In this document: in pieces, positions 1 through 11,665 of the stretch
Numbering within the stretch: the stretch's first letter is position 1
Layout of the letters: each line of letters begins with the position of its first letter
NCBI RefSeq assembly: GCF_036321535.1
Contig: NC_087436.1
Span: 47,058,001 to 47,122,000 of the forward strand
Length of the DNA: 64,000 nucleotides
Reading direction: 5' to 3'
Source of the DNA: Camelus dromedarius
Taxonomy: Eukaryota
Notes under the pieces: generated by a model
The model's database searches: none
The model's input: only the letters and a program-made list of their open reading frames with translations
Told to the model about the DNA's origin: nothing
Position numbers and translations under genes: made by a program

Positions 1-89
1 GAAGCTTCTGTGTGATTATGAAAAATAGAACTGCATATTACCATCACTGAGGAGAGGAATAGTATTAATACACTAGCATGTAATATTTA

Positions 90-300
90 ATATTTAATGA
101 ATGCACTTTACATGCATTTTTCTTATTAGAGACTCACTGTACCACTATGAAGTGAATACTGCTAGTCTTTCCATCCTTCCATTCAAGGAATTGAGGCACA
201 GAGAGGTTATATGATTACTCTAGTCCCAAAGTTTAGTAAGTGGTAGAACTTGGATTCAAAGCCAGATAGCCCTGATTTAGGAGCTGGGACTCATTTCATA
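90..300 (-). mobile_element. MIR SINE remnant
   Basis: Core 'gaattgaggcacagagaggttatatgattactctagtcccaaagtttagtaagtggtagaacttggattcaaagccag' resembles the reverse complement of the MIR core. Confidence 0.75.
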
Positions 301-1039
301 AAGTAGTTCCTTCTTCTAAAGGATGATGAGAATAATCTTTAGTCAATGTCAATAAATTACTTTGAGGATTAAAAGTGTCTGTTATGCTTATGTTTTATTA
401 AAGAATGTAAACCGTTCAGCTTAAATAACATGTTCTAAGAATACTTCAGAATTGTCTTCTGGTTCACTCAGCACATAACCATGTAATTGCTCAATATATT
501 CTTGAAAATCCCCAGGAAATATTTGTTTCTTGGGTATATCAGCCATATTTTGATAATGTCTAATTTTTATGGGAATTCATGTTGCTCACTTCTGGGGTCC
601 CAGTGTCCTTAAGTCTTGAGGAGTAAATAGATTAATCAAATAGCCATGTGGCCAAAGGTTTTGGGAGTCTTGGAATCTCTGGTGAATGAAGGTGGCCCTT
701 ATTCCGTAAGAGCTGAGCATCTAGAGGCAAAAATCTGCTGCCACAGGATGTTCTTTGCACAATACGCAATTAAAATGTGCTTTGTTTTTAGGAGCTGTTT
801 GTGGTGATTTTTGTGGTATCATGATGTCAGGTTAAGTAAGAGAAATTAGTTTAGGATTAACTGGAATTGTGATCATTCCTGAGAAGTTGCAACAGTGGGT
901 TTCCTTAAAAAAATAAGGAAACTTTTTTTGTTAGGATAATTATTAGGAACAGTCTTCTCTTCTTTCTCTCAAAAGGGAGTGTCTTTTTGTTGCTGGTTTT
1001 AATACAAGTATTTTTTATAAGTGGGCTCATAAGGTTATA

Positions 1040-1430
1040 TTTTATTATAATTTTTTAAATTAAAAGTATGTTGTTGCTCATCTTTCCATGTGATTAAGTA
1101 AAGGTCTGTATCATCAGTTGTGGCTGAATACCATCCTATTATAAGAATATTTCAGTTTATTGATTTTATACTCAATTATAGATTTTTTGTTGTTACTTGT
1201 TTTAAACAATGCCAAAATTAAACCCTGTTACAAACACATATTAATAATTATTTTTATAGGTTATGTAGATTTAAATAGATTATAGACCTAGATTCCTATT
1301 GAAGTAGATTATAGGTAAATATATATGTATATATATTTATGTTTGACATGTTTATGTGAATTGCTTGATCGTATCTTTCTTGATTTATGAGAGCTTTTTG
1401 TATATAATTCATATTAACCATTTTGATAAC
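1040..1430 (-). mobile_element. Ancient L1 (L1ME-like) 3' fragment
   Basis: Degenerate L1M 3'UTR phrases such as 'catctttccatgtg', 'gtggctgaataccatcc' and 'ttgatttatgagagctttttgtatata'. Confidence 0.5.
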
Positions 1431-1671
1431 AAGAAAATGCTCTCCAGCATTATCTTGGCTTATTCTTACATTTTATTTCAGGAGAGATGTTAATCAAGCT
1501 CTTCTGACTCATGTAGGATGATAATGTAACTGGAAAAGCATTTCATTTCATTTCACTATCAGAAGAAGACACCTGTTGTTACAGCAGTCTCTGAATTAAA
1601 CCTTAAGTTTAGGATTAAACAAATTTTTGATAGAACAAACAACGAAGAATGTTTGTTTCAGGGATGATTTG

Positions 1672-1800
1672 CCGTTCATCCCATAAATATTCATGGAAGG
1701 TACTTATTTTGAAAGTCATTGTGCTGAGCCCCATAGTTGATGAATGACAGTGAAGACAGGGTCACCACCCTCAAGGAGCTTACAGTTTAGTAAGGGAGAG
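1672..1800 (-). mobile_element. L2 3'-end remnant
   Basis: 'cataaatattcatggaaggtacttatttt...caccctcaaggagcttacagtttagtaagggagag' resembles the antisense L2 3' end. Confidence 0.65.
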
Positions 1801-2449
1801 AGGATTGTGCAAACACCCACAGCTGAATGCAGAGTGAGCAGGAGCTACATCAGTTAGCACAGGACAGGAGTGGGCAGGTCTTCCTGTAGCCATGCAGTTC
1901 CTGAGTGCTGCAGTTTGTATAAGTGCTTTTATATGTTTTTCTTTATTTGCTTTTAGTTCAGTGTGGAGCATTTGGAGTATTTGGTTTACTTGTTTCAAAA
2001 TGTTTGTGTAGATAATTCTATTTGGGTAGGGCCAGGAAAGTTGCTTCAATAAAGATTTTTTTAATTAAAACATTATGCATAGTAAGTAACCTAAGACTAT
2101 GTAAGAAAAGAACGTAGAACAATTTATAGAGCATTTTATTTTATTTATTTTAAAAGTGAAGTTAATACATCCATCATAAAGCATTTTAAATGAGCAAGTT
2201 TATAAACATCACTGCCAAGTTAACAATGGTTGGTAAGCATGAAGGCTAGAAGTTAGAGCCTCTGTTTAGTTGTTGATACTATGTCACTGTTTCATTGTAC
2301 ACCACCAGAAACTTTAACTTGTGTAAGACGTTTATTCTGTGTATGCTAACCACATTTTAAAGAGTAATTGTCAGGCTTGACCACAATTAGAATTAGGCAA
2401 ATGGAAGGAATCTCAGGAAGGTAGACAAGTTTCCATTCATATATAAGAA

Positions 2450-2565
2450 CACATGCCCTGGATCTTGAATGCCTGAGCCCAAATCCAGGATCAGCCCCTG
2501 GCTAGCTATCCAATGGCAAAATTACTCTTACCTCTGTTTCTGTTCCTTACTCACAGTTTGAAAAT
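2450..2565 (+). mobile_element. MIR remnant
   Basis: 'cctgagcccaaatccaggatcagcccctggctagctat...attactcttacctctgtttctgttccttactc' is a MIR core-like sequence. Confidence 0.55.
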
Positions 2566-3164
2566 TTTCCCAATAGTTGGAAACACAGCAGGAGATGGCT
2601 TCTTTGAAAATGATGTTACTTAATTACCACATATAGGAAATATTTGGTCAAAATCCATGGCAGGGAATCACTACCTGCTAGGCATAGGTGTCAAGATACA
2701 TCTGTGAATTGCAAGCCTGAGGATGTTTGCTTTCGTGTCTTCTATACCATTTATTGAATAGTTCTAAGCTAAGACCAAATTTAAATGATGTAAAATCGTA
2801 TTAACTAGATTTCATAAGGGGTTTTCACATATCTATTTGGGGAAATTAGTCAAAGATTAAATTTTTCAAAAAGAAATGTTTCCTCCCAAGATAGAAGGAA
2901 CAGACATCTCCTTGTAGTGGCAAGAGAAATGTGACGTTTAGCCCACGGCTGAGAAAACACAAACCCACTTCATAATTCAGGGACATCTGAGGTTTTATGT
3001 TATGTTTATTTGTTTTTTGAGTAGTTTTTGAGTGAATTCAATAACGTGTGTGCATTGTGAAGTTTGAAAAGTAGGCTACCTAAGGGAAAACAAATTTTAA
3101 AAGGCTTTTTTTTTTTTAAAGTTCTGTTGTTGCTAATTTCATGGTGGGGGTAAAAATACTGACG

Positions 3165-3260
3165 TGAAGTTAGGCAGTTTGTTCACTAGCTGTGTGTCTT
3201 TGAACGAGTTCCCAACTTCTTCGAGCCTCGGTTTCCTTGTCTAGAAGTGGTAACAGGTGG
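3165..3260 (+). mobile_element. MIR remnant
   Basis: 'ttcactagctgtgtgtctttgaacgagttcccaacttcttcgagcctcggtttccttgtctagaagtgg' matches the MIR core. Confidence 0.7.
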
Positions 3261-3942
3261 TGGTTGTGTGGACTGTGGGAGGCATAGTCATGGTGGTGTG
3301 CCTGCCTTATTTAAAAGCCCCTGGGCTTCTTGGTGCCAGACCTCTGAGCCGCATCAGAGAAGGAAGCACATTTGCATTTCTCTCGAGTTGTTTTATCGGT
3401 ACTGAGAGTGTCAAAATTGACCTCAGTGCTTTGGTAAAGGAGTTTTTCTGCTCTAGGGGCAAAGCAAGGTCTGATGGTATGAGGAAGGAAGAAAACTGAC
3501 CCCGTGCTACTTTTGCCCGGCTCTGGAAGGGCATCTCATTGTGCTTTAGTAACTTCTGGGAGCACAAAGGTTAGACTAACCATACAGGTGAGACCTGGAC
3601 ATCTAATTTGAATGGTTCTGTGCAATTGACCTGCTGACCATTAAAGGTCTGCCTTCAGAAAACCAAGCTATGCCTATTTCTGCTTTTCCTCCTCTCCTCA
3701 CACCCCAATGTATTCCTGGAATTTGTCACCCACAGTTGCCATCCAGATGCTGTATTTTTACAAGCAAACATTTTGCTGTTTTAAAGTCACAGGGTAGCCC
3801 TGTAGGCAAAGACTAAGTCACACAGTAGTTTTACTCAGAGAGATTACATCCAGGAAGGTTTTCTCTTCTGGCTTTTTTTTTTTTATTTGAGGGAGAGGAA
3901 TTTACCCACTTGTTCAGCAAATATTTATTCAATGATTACTAA

Positions 3943-4316
3943 TTTTTACATAGCTTTATCTGGATATAATTCATGTGCCATACAGTTCACCCATTTAAAG
4001 GGTATGGTTGAATGGCTTTTACTGTATTCACAGATTTGTGATTATCGTGACGGTCGGTTTTAGAACATTCTCATCACCTAAGAAAGTAAGCCTATATCTA
4101 GTAGCTGTCACCCCCACCCCATCTCCCCGACTCCCTCACCCCCAACCCTAGGTCTGAGTAACCACTAATCTATTTTTTGTCTCAATGATTTCCCTGTTTG
4201 GGACACTTAATAAGAATGGAATCATGACAGGTAGTCCTTCATGAATTGCGTCTTTGAGCGTAGTATTTCCGAGGTTCATCCATGTTGTAGCATGTATCAC
4301 AACTTCATTCCTTTTT
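3943..4316 (-). mobile_element. L1MB-like LINE-1 3'UTR fragment
   Basis: Starts 'tagctttatctggatataattcatgtgccatacagttcacccatttaaag' and contains 'gtaaccactaatct' and 'aggttcatccatgttgtagcatgtatca', typical antisense L1MB 3' end. C-rich tract at 4111-4148 is the L1 3'UTR G-rich stretch on the minus strand. Confidence 0.85.
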
Positions 4317-5085
4317 TCCTCTGGCTCTTCATGGCTGAATCGCACCTTCCAGAGGTTAGGTACTTTCCCTGGTGCAGGTATGAACATCTGTACAGTGAGA
4401 AAAGAAGTTGATTCAGTCTATTTTGGGAGGAGGGAAAGTTAAAGTCAATTGATATTTCAGATATACAAGTCAGTAGTGAGAATATTTTTGACCACAGAAT
4501 GCTGCCAGTTAAAAAAATTGACTATTCTGTAATTACTTATGAACTATATACTTGAATTACTTATTTATCTAATAACTCAAGAGTATACCCTTAGGGCACT
4601 GTTCATGGGCATTCATGGAAGCTGCAAACTCTTACTTAAAATGAATACTTGAATACTTTGTTTAGCTTCATGTCACATCTCATAGATTTTAGCTCTAACG
4701 CAGACTCTAACAGAGTTATTAGAAATAGGGTCATTGTCAGCTTTGCCGTTTTCTTGAGTTTACCTGTACTTACATTATTAGCACTAACTTTAATTCACTC
4801 AGCACTCTTGCCCATCCGATATGCAGAGCAAAAGGGGGCATTTGCCCAATGACAATGTGTATATTAAAATACTTCGTTAAGCTTAAAGTTTTAAATGTAA
4901 AAATAAATGTTGACATTATAATGTTTTCTTCCTGCACCCCTGGGGGGTTATGCTATGTACTCTTTGTGTACTACGTTGTAACCCACTGCTCTGGGTTGAT
5001 AGGGAAAGTAAAGAGAAGCTGAATCCCTGTTTGTTCCAATAAGGTACTTCTGGCAGTCTGGCTGCTGTGTGTTTCCCGTGAAGGT

Positions 5086-5127
5086 TTTTGTTTTTTTTTG
5101 TTTTGTTTTTTTTTTTTTTTTTTTTTG
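5086..5127. repeat. Poly-T / T-rich simple repeat
   Basis: Directly visible run 'gtttttgtttttttttgttttgtttttttttttttttttttt'. Confidence 0.9.
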
Positions 5128-8100
5128 AGACCAGCTGATTCTGCAGCACAGAAATACTCCTTTTTGGCCAGTTAGGGAAGTTCTTTGCTGTGTAAGTTGT
5201 GGCCCAGCACCGCCTGGCTTTGCTGCCCGCTGGGCTGTGGGCCGAGGCTGTGTGTGACCCAGGTGTGGCCCAGCTCAGTTCCAGCATTTGAGGTTGTGCT
5301 TCACACCGCCCTTGTGGCAGCTCCTGTTGGCCCTTCTTGTGGCCCTGCCCTCCAGCAGCTGTGTGGGAATTCCGCTGCCTTCCTTCCCCTAGATTAGATG
5401 TCTGCACTGGGGTGTTGGCTATTTTAAACCAAAAATGTACAGTGTGTGCAAGTGATGAAACGGCTTGAAAAGAAAGCCCTCCGCTATCTGAAACGGTTCT
5501 CGGTCTTTCCTGAGCACATTGGAAATTGGGCACCGTCCAAATCTTGACGTGCTCTCATGGCTCTCAAAGGCACAGCTAGTCCCCAGAAGGACCCGCCCGA
5601 TCAGGAGCTGGCCATTTGACTTGGAGAAGGCAGGAGGGCAGTTTAAAATCCTAAGAACAAGACTGTTTCTTCAAAACGAGCTTGTGACCAGCTTTGTTCT
5701 TCACTGAAGGAATATGCCAAGGAAATGGGCTTAAATTGTTGAAAGAATTTAGGTGGGAAGAATTACTTCAGAGGGAGGGATTAATAAACATGGGGATGGT
5801 TTATCAAGGAAGAGCATGGACTCTGACTATTTGAAGGTCTGGAGAATAAATGTTTGTTTGTGTGAAGCGATTGCAGTGCCTGCCCTGGAGGGATCTGGAC
5901 GGTGGGCTGTGCCCGTCCCTCACCCACCTCGCCTCCCCAACTTGCCACCTCTGAGGTGCTTATGTGTTCTGTTCTTTCAGTCAGCAGCGTGCAAACCCTC
6001 CAGGTCCTCCGAGAGATTATAGTCTTTCCTGAAGGGTAAAGTAAACAGGCCAGCATGTAGATTCTGCTGTATAATGAGTCCCCCGTGTATTATCACAGCG
6101 TTGTCACTTCAGTTCGCAATGATGGCCATTTTTGCTGAGGGCAGTCTCAGGGGTGTGTGAGCCCACGGCTCCTGAGGGTCCGTGTGCTTTCAGTGTGTCC
6201 CTGCTTAGCTGCCTGGTGTCACACTCAAGGTGGGTGGCTGAGCAAAGGGCTCGTATCACCTCACGTCGTGTTCAGGTGACTAAAATTCTAAATTCAGATT
6301 TCTCGGAAGAGAGCCTTGAAGAATACTGGACTGGCTGGAAGGAGTCTAGGAAAAGTGGGCCGCTTGGTGGTGAGTGGGGCCTGGGTCCAGTCAGCTGGTC
6401 CTGACTGCTCTCAGGTGCGAGTGGGAGGCCACGGATGCTTCCGGTGGCTATTTTGCTGGCTTTCCTGGAGAAGGCTAATGATAGAATCATGAAAGAAATG
6501 GTTTTTGCCTGATAATCTGAAACTAGATTGGGGCCTTGGGGTACGGAAAATATGATAAGCTTATTAGAAATGCAACACAGAAAAAATAACTGGAACTTAT
6601 TTCTGGCAATTTCTGAAAATGGTAAAATTAAGGAAAGACAGCACTTTTCCAAGAGAAAAATATCTAGCCTTTGAAATGCTATTACTTAGATATTCTTGCT
6701 GAATTTTGCTGTTGCATTGCACAGACTGAAATTCACGGAGTGCATTTGCACCCCTTTTCCCCAAACAAAACAGACAAAAAATGAACTCCAAATAAAACAA
6801 GCATCAAAACTGTAACCCAGTAAACTGAGGTAGAGTTGTCCAGTTCAGCACAGTTTCAGACAGATTTTTCAGAGAAAATTTACAGTCGGGGAACCTACAA
6901 CCAGGCCTGTTGATTCAAAATCCTATCAAACAGACAAAGGCAGCTTTTGTTCATCAATTACTTGGTGTTTCAGAGCTAAGAGATTCTGTATAGGATGAAA
7001 GGAGGCAGTTATTTCATAGTCAATTCTTCGATGTCAGTAAGTTTTAGAGCTTCTTAGACTTGGAAGAGTAAAAAACTCATGGTTCATTGACTAATATCTA
7101 AATACACAATATTAAATCTTTTTGAAAGGGGGCTTTAATAAATGAGATGCATTATTCACTTTTGTAAATTTTTAAAAAGTTCTACTTTCCCACTCTCTCC
7201 ATCCTAAAGTCTTGTCTGTTTTCACATTTGGAGTTTCTCTACAGAGCTACAAATATAAGTTGGGACAGATATTTTCAAAAACAGAAACTGAAGTATTGGA
7301 ATCGGAATGTGAGAGGGTTTTCTGATAGCTAGGGAGTGGTAGTTACAGGACCCGCACAGCACTGCGTAACCCTGGAGACAGAGTATAGTGATTTATGGTT
7401 GACCTGCTTGTTTTTTGTGTTGATTTTAAATGTAGTAGTGGATTATTTACACAGTGACTTATTTATAGTGACCAAAATGCCTTAATTTAAAAAATGAGGA
7501 ATTCTTCACTCTTATTTGTCATTTTAAGAAAGAGTAGAATACTGGTGTTAATATACTTTGGTTATTGTATCCTTAAGAGTTTTTCTGCTATTTGGTTCCT
7601 TGAGGTTTTGATTCAAACGTCAAGGTATAATCATGGCAGACTGATGTGTGTCTGTGTATCTGGAGCCAGAATTGTAAACGTCCCCTGACTTTCCTGGTTT
7701 TTTTTTTTTTTTTTCTTCTCTCTTGTTAATAAGGAATTAAGTACAGTTTCCCAAATGAGCTGTGATTTACTGCAGATGCAAATTTCAGCTCTCCTTAATA
7801 GAAAGGGGAGTGGGGAGGGGGCAGTTCTTGAGCTGCTGCACAGGTTCACCTTGCATCAGGTGTCTGCAAAGTCTTCAGACCCAGTGCATGTTAGAGTCCC
7901 TCTCCCAATTGGAATCACTTGCCCTATCATTTCATTTTACCCTTTAGGCTTGAAAAAGCGTGTATTTAGCCATCAGTTCATTTTGTGTGGTCTGAGTTAT
8001 AAAAATGCCCCTGCTGGTTTTTCCATATGAAAAACATGTTTTTCATTTGTGGAAACTTATATAATTTTTTCTTCTTGGCTGGGCTTTCTTTTGTGCTGCT

Positions 8101-8135
8101 TTAAATTAAAAGCAAATGTACTTCCCTCCCCTTCA

Positions 8136-8570
8136 NNNNNNNNNNNNNNNNNNNNNNNNNNNNNNNNNNNNNNNNNNNNNNNNNNNNNNNNNNNNNNNNN
8201 NNNNNNNNNNNNNNNNNNNNNNNNNNNNNNNNNNNNNNNNNNNNNNNNNNNNNNNNNNNNNNNNNNNNNNNNNNNNNNNNNNNNNNNNNNNNNNNNNNNN
8301 NNNNNNNNNNNNNNNNNNNNNNNNNNNNNNNNNNNNNNNNNNNNNNNNNNNNNNNNNNNNNNNNNNNNNNNNNNNNNNNNNNNNNNNNNNNNNNNNNNNN
8401 NNNNNNNNNNNNNNNNNNNNNNNNNNNNNNNNNNNNNNNNNNNNNNNNNNNNNNNNNNNNNNNNNNNNNNNNNNNNNNNNNNNNNNNNNNNNNNNNNNNN
8501 NNNNNNNNNNNNNNNNNNNNNNNNNNNNNNNNNNNNNNNNNNNNNNNNNNNNNNNNNNNNNNNNNNNNNN
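8136..8570. other. N-run (435 nt), probable assembly gap
   Basis: Directly visible; sequence unknown. Confidence 0.95.
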
Positions 8571-9431
8571 GAGAACACTGGAGTCCTGCTGACATGCCAC
8601 ATCTCGATGACAATTATAGACATATGAATGATGCGGCGGGCGGGGGCGGCACGGTGACAAATGCTGGTCACGCTGTCCAGCAGAGCAGAAAATGAGGTTA
8701 CAATTGGGAGATAATGTTTGCATATGTAACCATATTTCAGCAAGCCGAACAACTTCGGGAAACAGACCCTCAAAAACTCTTGTGGGTATTTGTATGTATA
8801 TATACCAGCATGTGAATGTGATACTAGCTGAATTAAGGCAAAAATCATCCTAGTGATTTGAGAATTAGACTAGAAGAGCAAAAGAAAGTGAACCTGGGGT
8901 TATTACATTTGCTGACACTCTGAAAACACAACTAAGTTTCTAACCTCATATATGTGAGTCTGTCTTTAAACATTTGCTCATTCAAGAGTAACATTTTTAT
9001 TTTAAATTTGTTAATCTACCTCAAAAAAGCATTATGTTTTCTCATCTTAATTTAAGCACTTTGGGAAAATGATTTTGTCTGTTGTTCTATCTTCCCTTGT
9101 TTTCAAATGTTATTTTTCTAAAGCAACCTTCTGAAATGCGTTGAAGTTTCCTTTCACTGTGAATAAAAGCCTTTTTTCTAGGTAGGAAATAACTTTTTGC
9201 TGTAAGTAGAAGTATATTTCATCTCAGAGACCTGGCACGCAAAGCTGTCGAGGCATTTATTTTTATTTTAACTTGCTCTTGTCACCTAACAAAGGCGTAG
9301 GAGTAACCTCACACTTTGCCAGCTAGCCCAGCTAAAGGGGGGAAAAGGCAAAATAAGATGAAAACCTAGATGGCTGATTATAAAATGGTATTGCTGCTGT
9401 TCAGCTTGCTACCCAGGCCCGGGTTTACCTT

Positions 9432-9755
9432 NNNNNNNNNNNNNNNNNNNNNNNNNNNNNNNNNNNNNNNNNNNNNNNNNNNNNNNNNNNNNNNNNNNNN
9501 NNNNNNNNNNNNNNNNNNNNNNNNNNNNNNNNNNNNNNNNNNNNNNNNNNNNNNNNNNNNNNNNNNNNNNNNNNNNNNNNNNNNNNNAGGAAAGGAGCAG
9601 ATACGCCNNNNNNNNNNNNNNNNNNNNNNNNNNNNNNNNNNNNNNNNNNNNNNNNNNNNNNNNNNNNNNNNNNNNNNNNNNNNNNNNNNNNNNNNNNNNN
9701 NNNNNNNNNNNNNNNNNNNNNNNNNNNNNNNNNNNNNNNNNNNNNNNNNNNNNNN
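9432..9755. other. Two N-runs (9432-9587 and 9608-9755) separated by a 20-nt island
   Basis: Directly visible; island is 'aggaaaggagcagatacgcc'. Confidence 0.95.
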
Positions 9756-11454
9756 TAATAAAGTTGCTTTCCCACCCGCTCCTCCCTTTTAAATATAACC
9801 ACATAGGAATTAGAGTGCATTTCACTCAAGGTACAAAACTTGCCACAGACTTCAACAGCAAATTAGGGGTTTCAATAATCCCTTGATATTTTGAATATAA
9901 ATTGAGAGGTTTTTTTTTTAATGTTTATTGAAAGCTGTAGATTTACATGAAAAGTAAGGGGCAAATCTCTATAATGTGTGTTCTTTTTTCAGGCCAAATT
10001 ACTAAGGAGAACTGGAAAGCCCCCATGAATTCTTTTTGAGGTTAAAAAAAAATCTGTGTTTTTCCTGTTTCTTGTGGGTAATGTCAGATATTTTTGGAGA
10101 TTAACTTTAACAATCTATCTGAAGCATTTTGGCCGGCATTTTGATATATGAGCCAGTATGTATAATTATGAATTCAAATGAGAGTTTAAAAAGGCTTATA
10201 TTTTTAGATATTCTCATAGAATAGTGACCTATTTGCTCACTAATTTTATAGCTGTAAACATTTCTGAAATTATCCAAGATACAGTTCCTTCATTAGCTTC
10301 CCTGAAGGTATTACATACAATGGCAGCACAGATCTCATTCTTACCCTTCCCTTGGCTTCCCTGTTTTCCTCACTGATAGGGTGGTGTCCCTGAGCTTCTG
10401 TCTGAGGAGCCAGGCCCACATGCATCTCCTTAACCACGGTGGAGCCTGGGCTGCCCCTTGCCGGGTAATCAGTCTTCAGATTTTAAGGAAGAAAAAGATA
10501 GTCGGTGTTATAGAACTGGATGCCCTGCTATGTAAAGAAATGTGTTCTATATATAAACTGTAGTTTATCATTTGAGTAAAATCATCAAAGCTTTCATTTG
10601 CATAGTTCAGATGACTCACTGTTTTGAAAATTAAATAAACTCAAATGGAAAACAACCACACACTGCGGGTTGCAACTTTTATTTCTTAGTATAGAGTTAA
10701 TGAGCAGAAAATGGCAGAGCCGTTTCCACACATCTGAGGGTTACATTTTTTTAAGTATTAATGAATGCACTTTATTGTAAACACTGAAGCTTACAAGAAT
10801 GTGCTGTCGGCCCTGAGAGAAGAAGAGGGGTGAAGATTCTGTCTAGTCTCTTGTAATTAAGCTGTGGCCGAGAACTGCAGGCTGTGTTTAGGCCTTTGTC
10901 CTCTGACTCTCCTTCAGGCAGGGTTCAGCTTGCATTTCTACTCCAGTTCTCCCTTCCATTTCCTATCCTTAATCCCATCTTGTCATCCTTCCAGGCTACT
11001 TAGCGGATGTTATTATAAGTGCCTTCATGTTCACATGCAAGGAAGGAAAGAAGGCAGGAGGAAAACGGGGCAAGGTATATATGCAGCAGAGTTACCACAC
11101 CCTAGCTAGCTCTGTCCTGGCCCAGGAGGAAGAACCTTTGAATTCCTGACATCCCAGCACGGAAGTCTGAGCTCAGATCTTTTACTCCCACACAGGCAGT
11201 AGCAGCTCCAAGGGGTTGGGGGACAGGGGGATGAGGGCGGGCTGGCCTCCGTAATCTCCAGCATTATCCTTAACCACCCCAAATAAACACCTGTGCTAAG
11301 TAAAAACATTCTTCAAGACAGAACCTCTAATCCCTTCTTCCAACTAGATTACTGTCCCTAAGCCCCTTTTCTGCAGAAATGTATATGCCAGATAAATTTT
11401 GGGGTGTATTCACCTGTGAGTGTGTATATACATATATACATGTACATATAATGC

Positions 11455-11665
11455 AGTGTTTAAAGCTGATGAATCAGATTGTCTATACTTGAATCAGCTC
11501 CACCACTTAATGGCTATGGGACCTTAAGCAAATTACTTAAGTATTTTAATCCTTCATTTCCTTATCTGTATAATGGGAGTAATAGCAGTAACAATGTGGG
11601 AGCTCTATGTAAAGGTAATGCAAATGCAAAGCATAGGTGACATTTAGGTGTTAATGTTAGCTGTT
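11455..11665 (+). mobile_element. MIR SINE
   Basis: 'cagtgtttaaagc...ccaccacttaatggctatgggaccttaagcaaattacttaag...tttccttatctgtataatgggagtaatagcagta' is a near full-length MIR pattern. Confidence 0.8.

Noticed and set aside
5086-5420. Processed retrocopy with a poly-A tail on the minus strand
   Set aside because: No AATAAA upstream of the A-tract, no TSD and no recognisable parent gene.
4916-5533. 205-aa minus-strand ORF
   Set aside because: Its poly-K segment is just the T-run; no recognisable homology or splice structure.
6826-6845. let-7-like sequence TGAGGTAGAGTTGTCCAGTT
   Set aside because: Needs two deletions and a mismatch to match let-7g, and there is no complementary arm to form a pre-miRNA hairpin.
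8049-8848. Long ORFs in the supplied track spanning N-runs (also near 9.4, 42.0, 53.3, 55.7 and 63.0 kb)
   Set aside because: Artefacts: N codons contain no stops.
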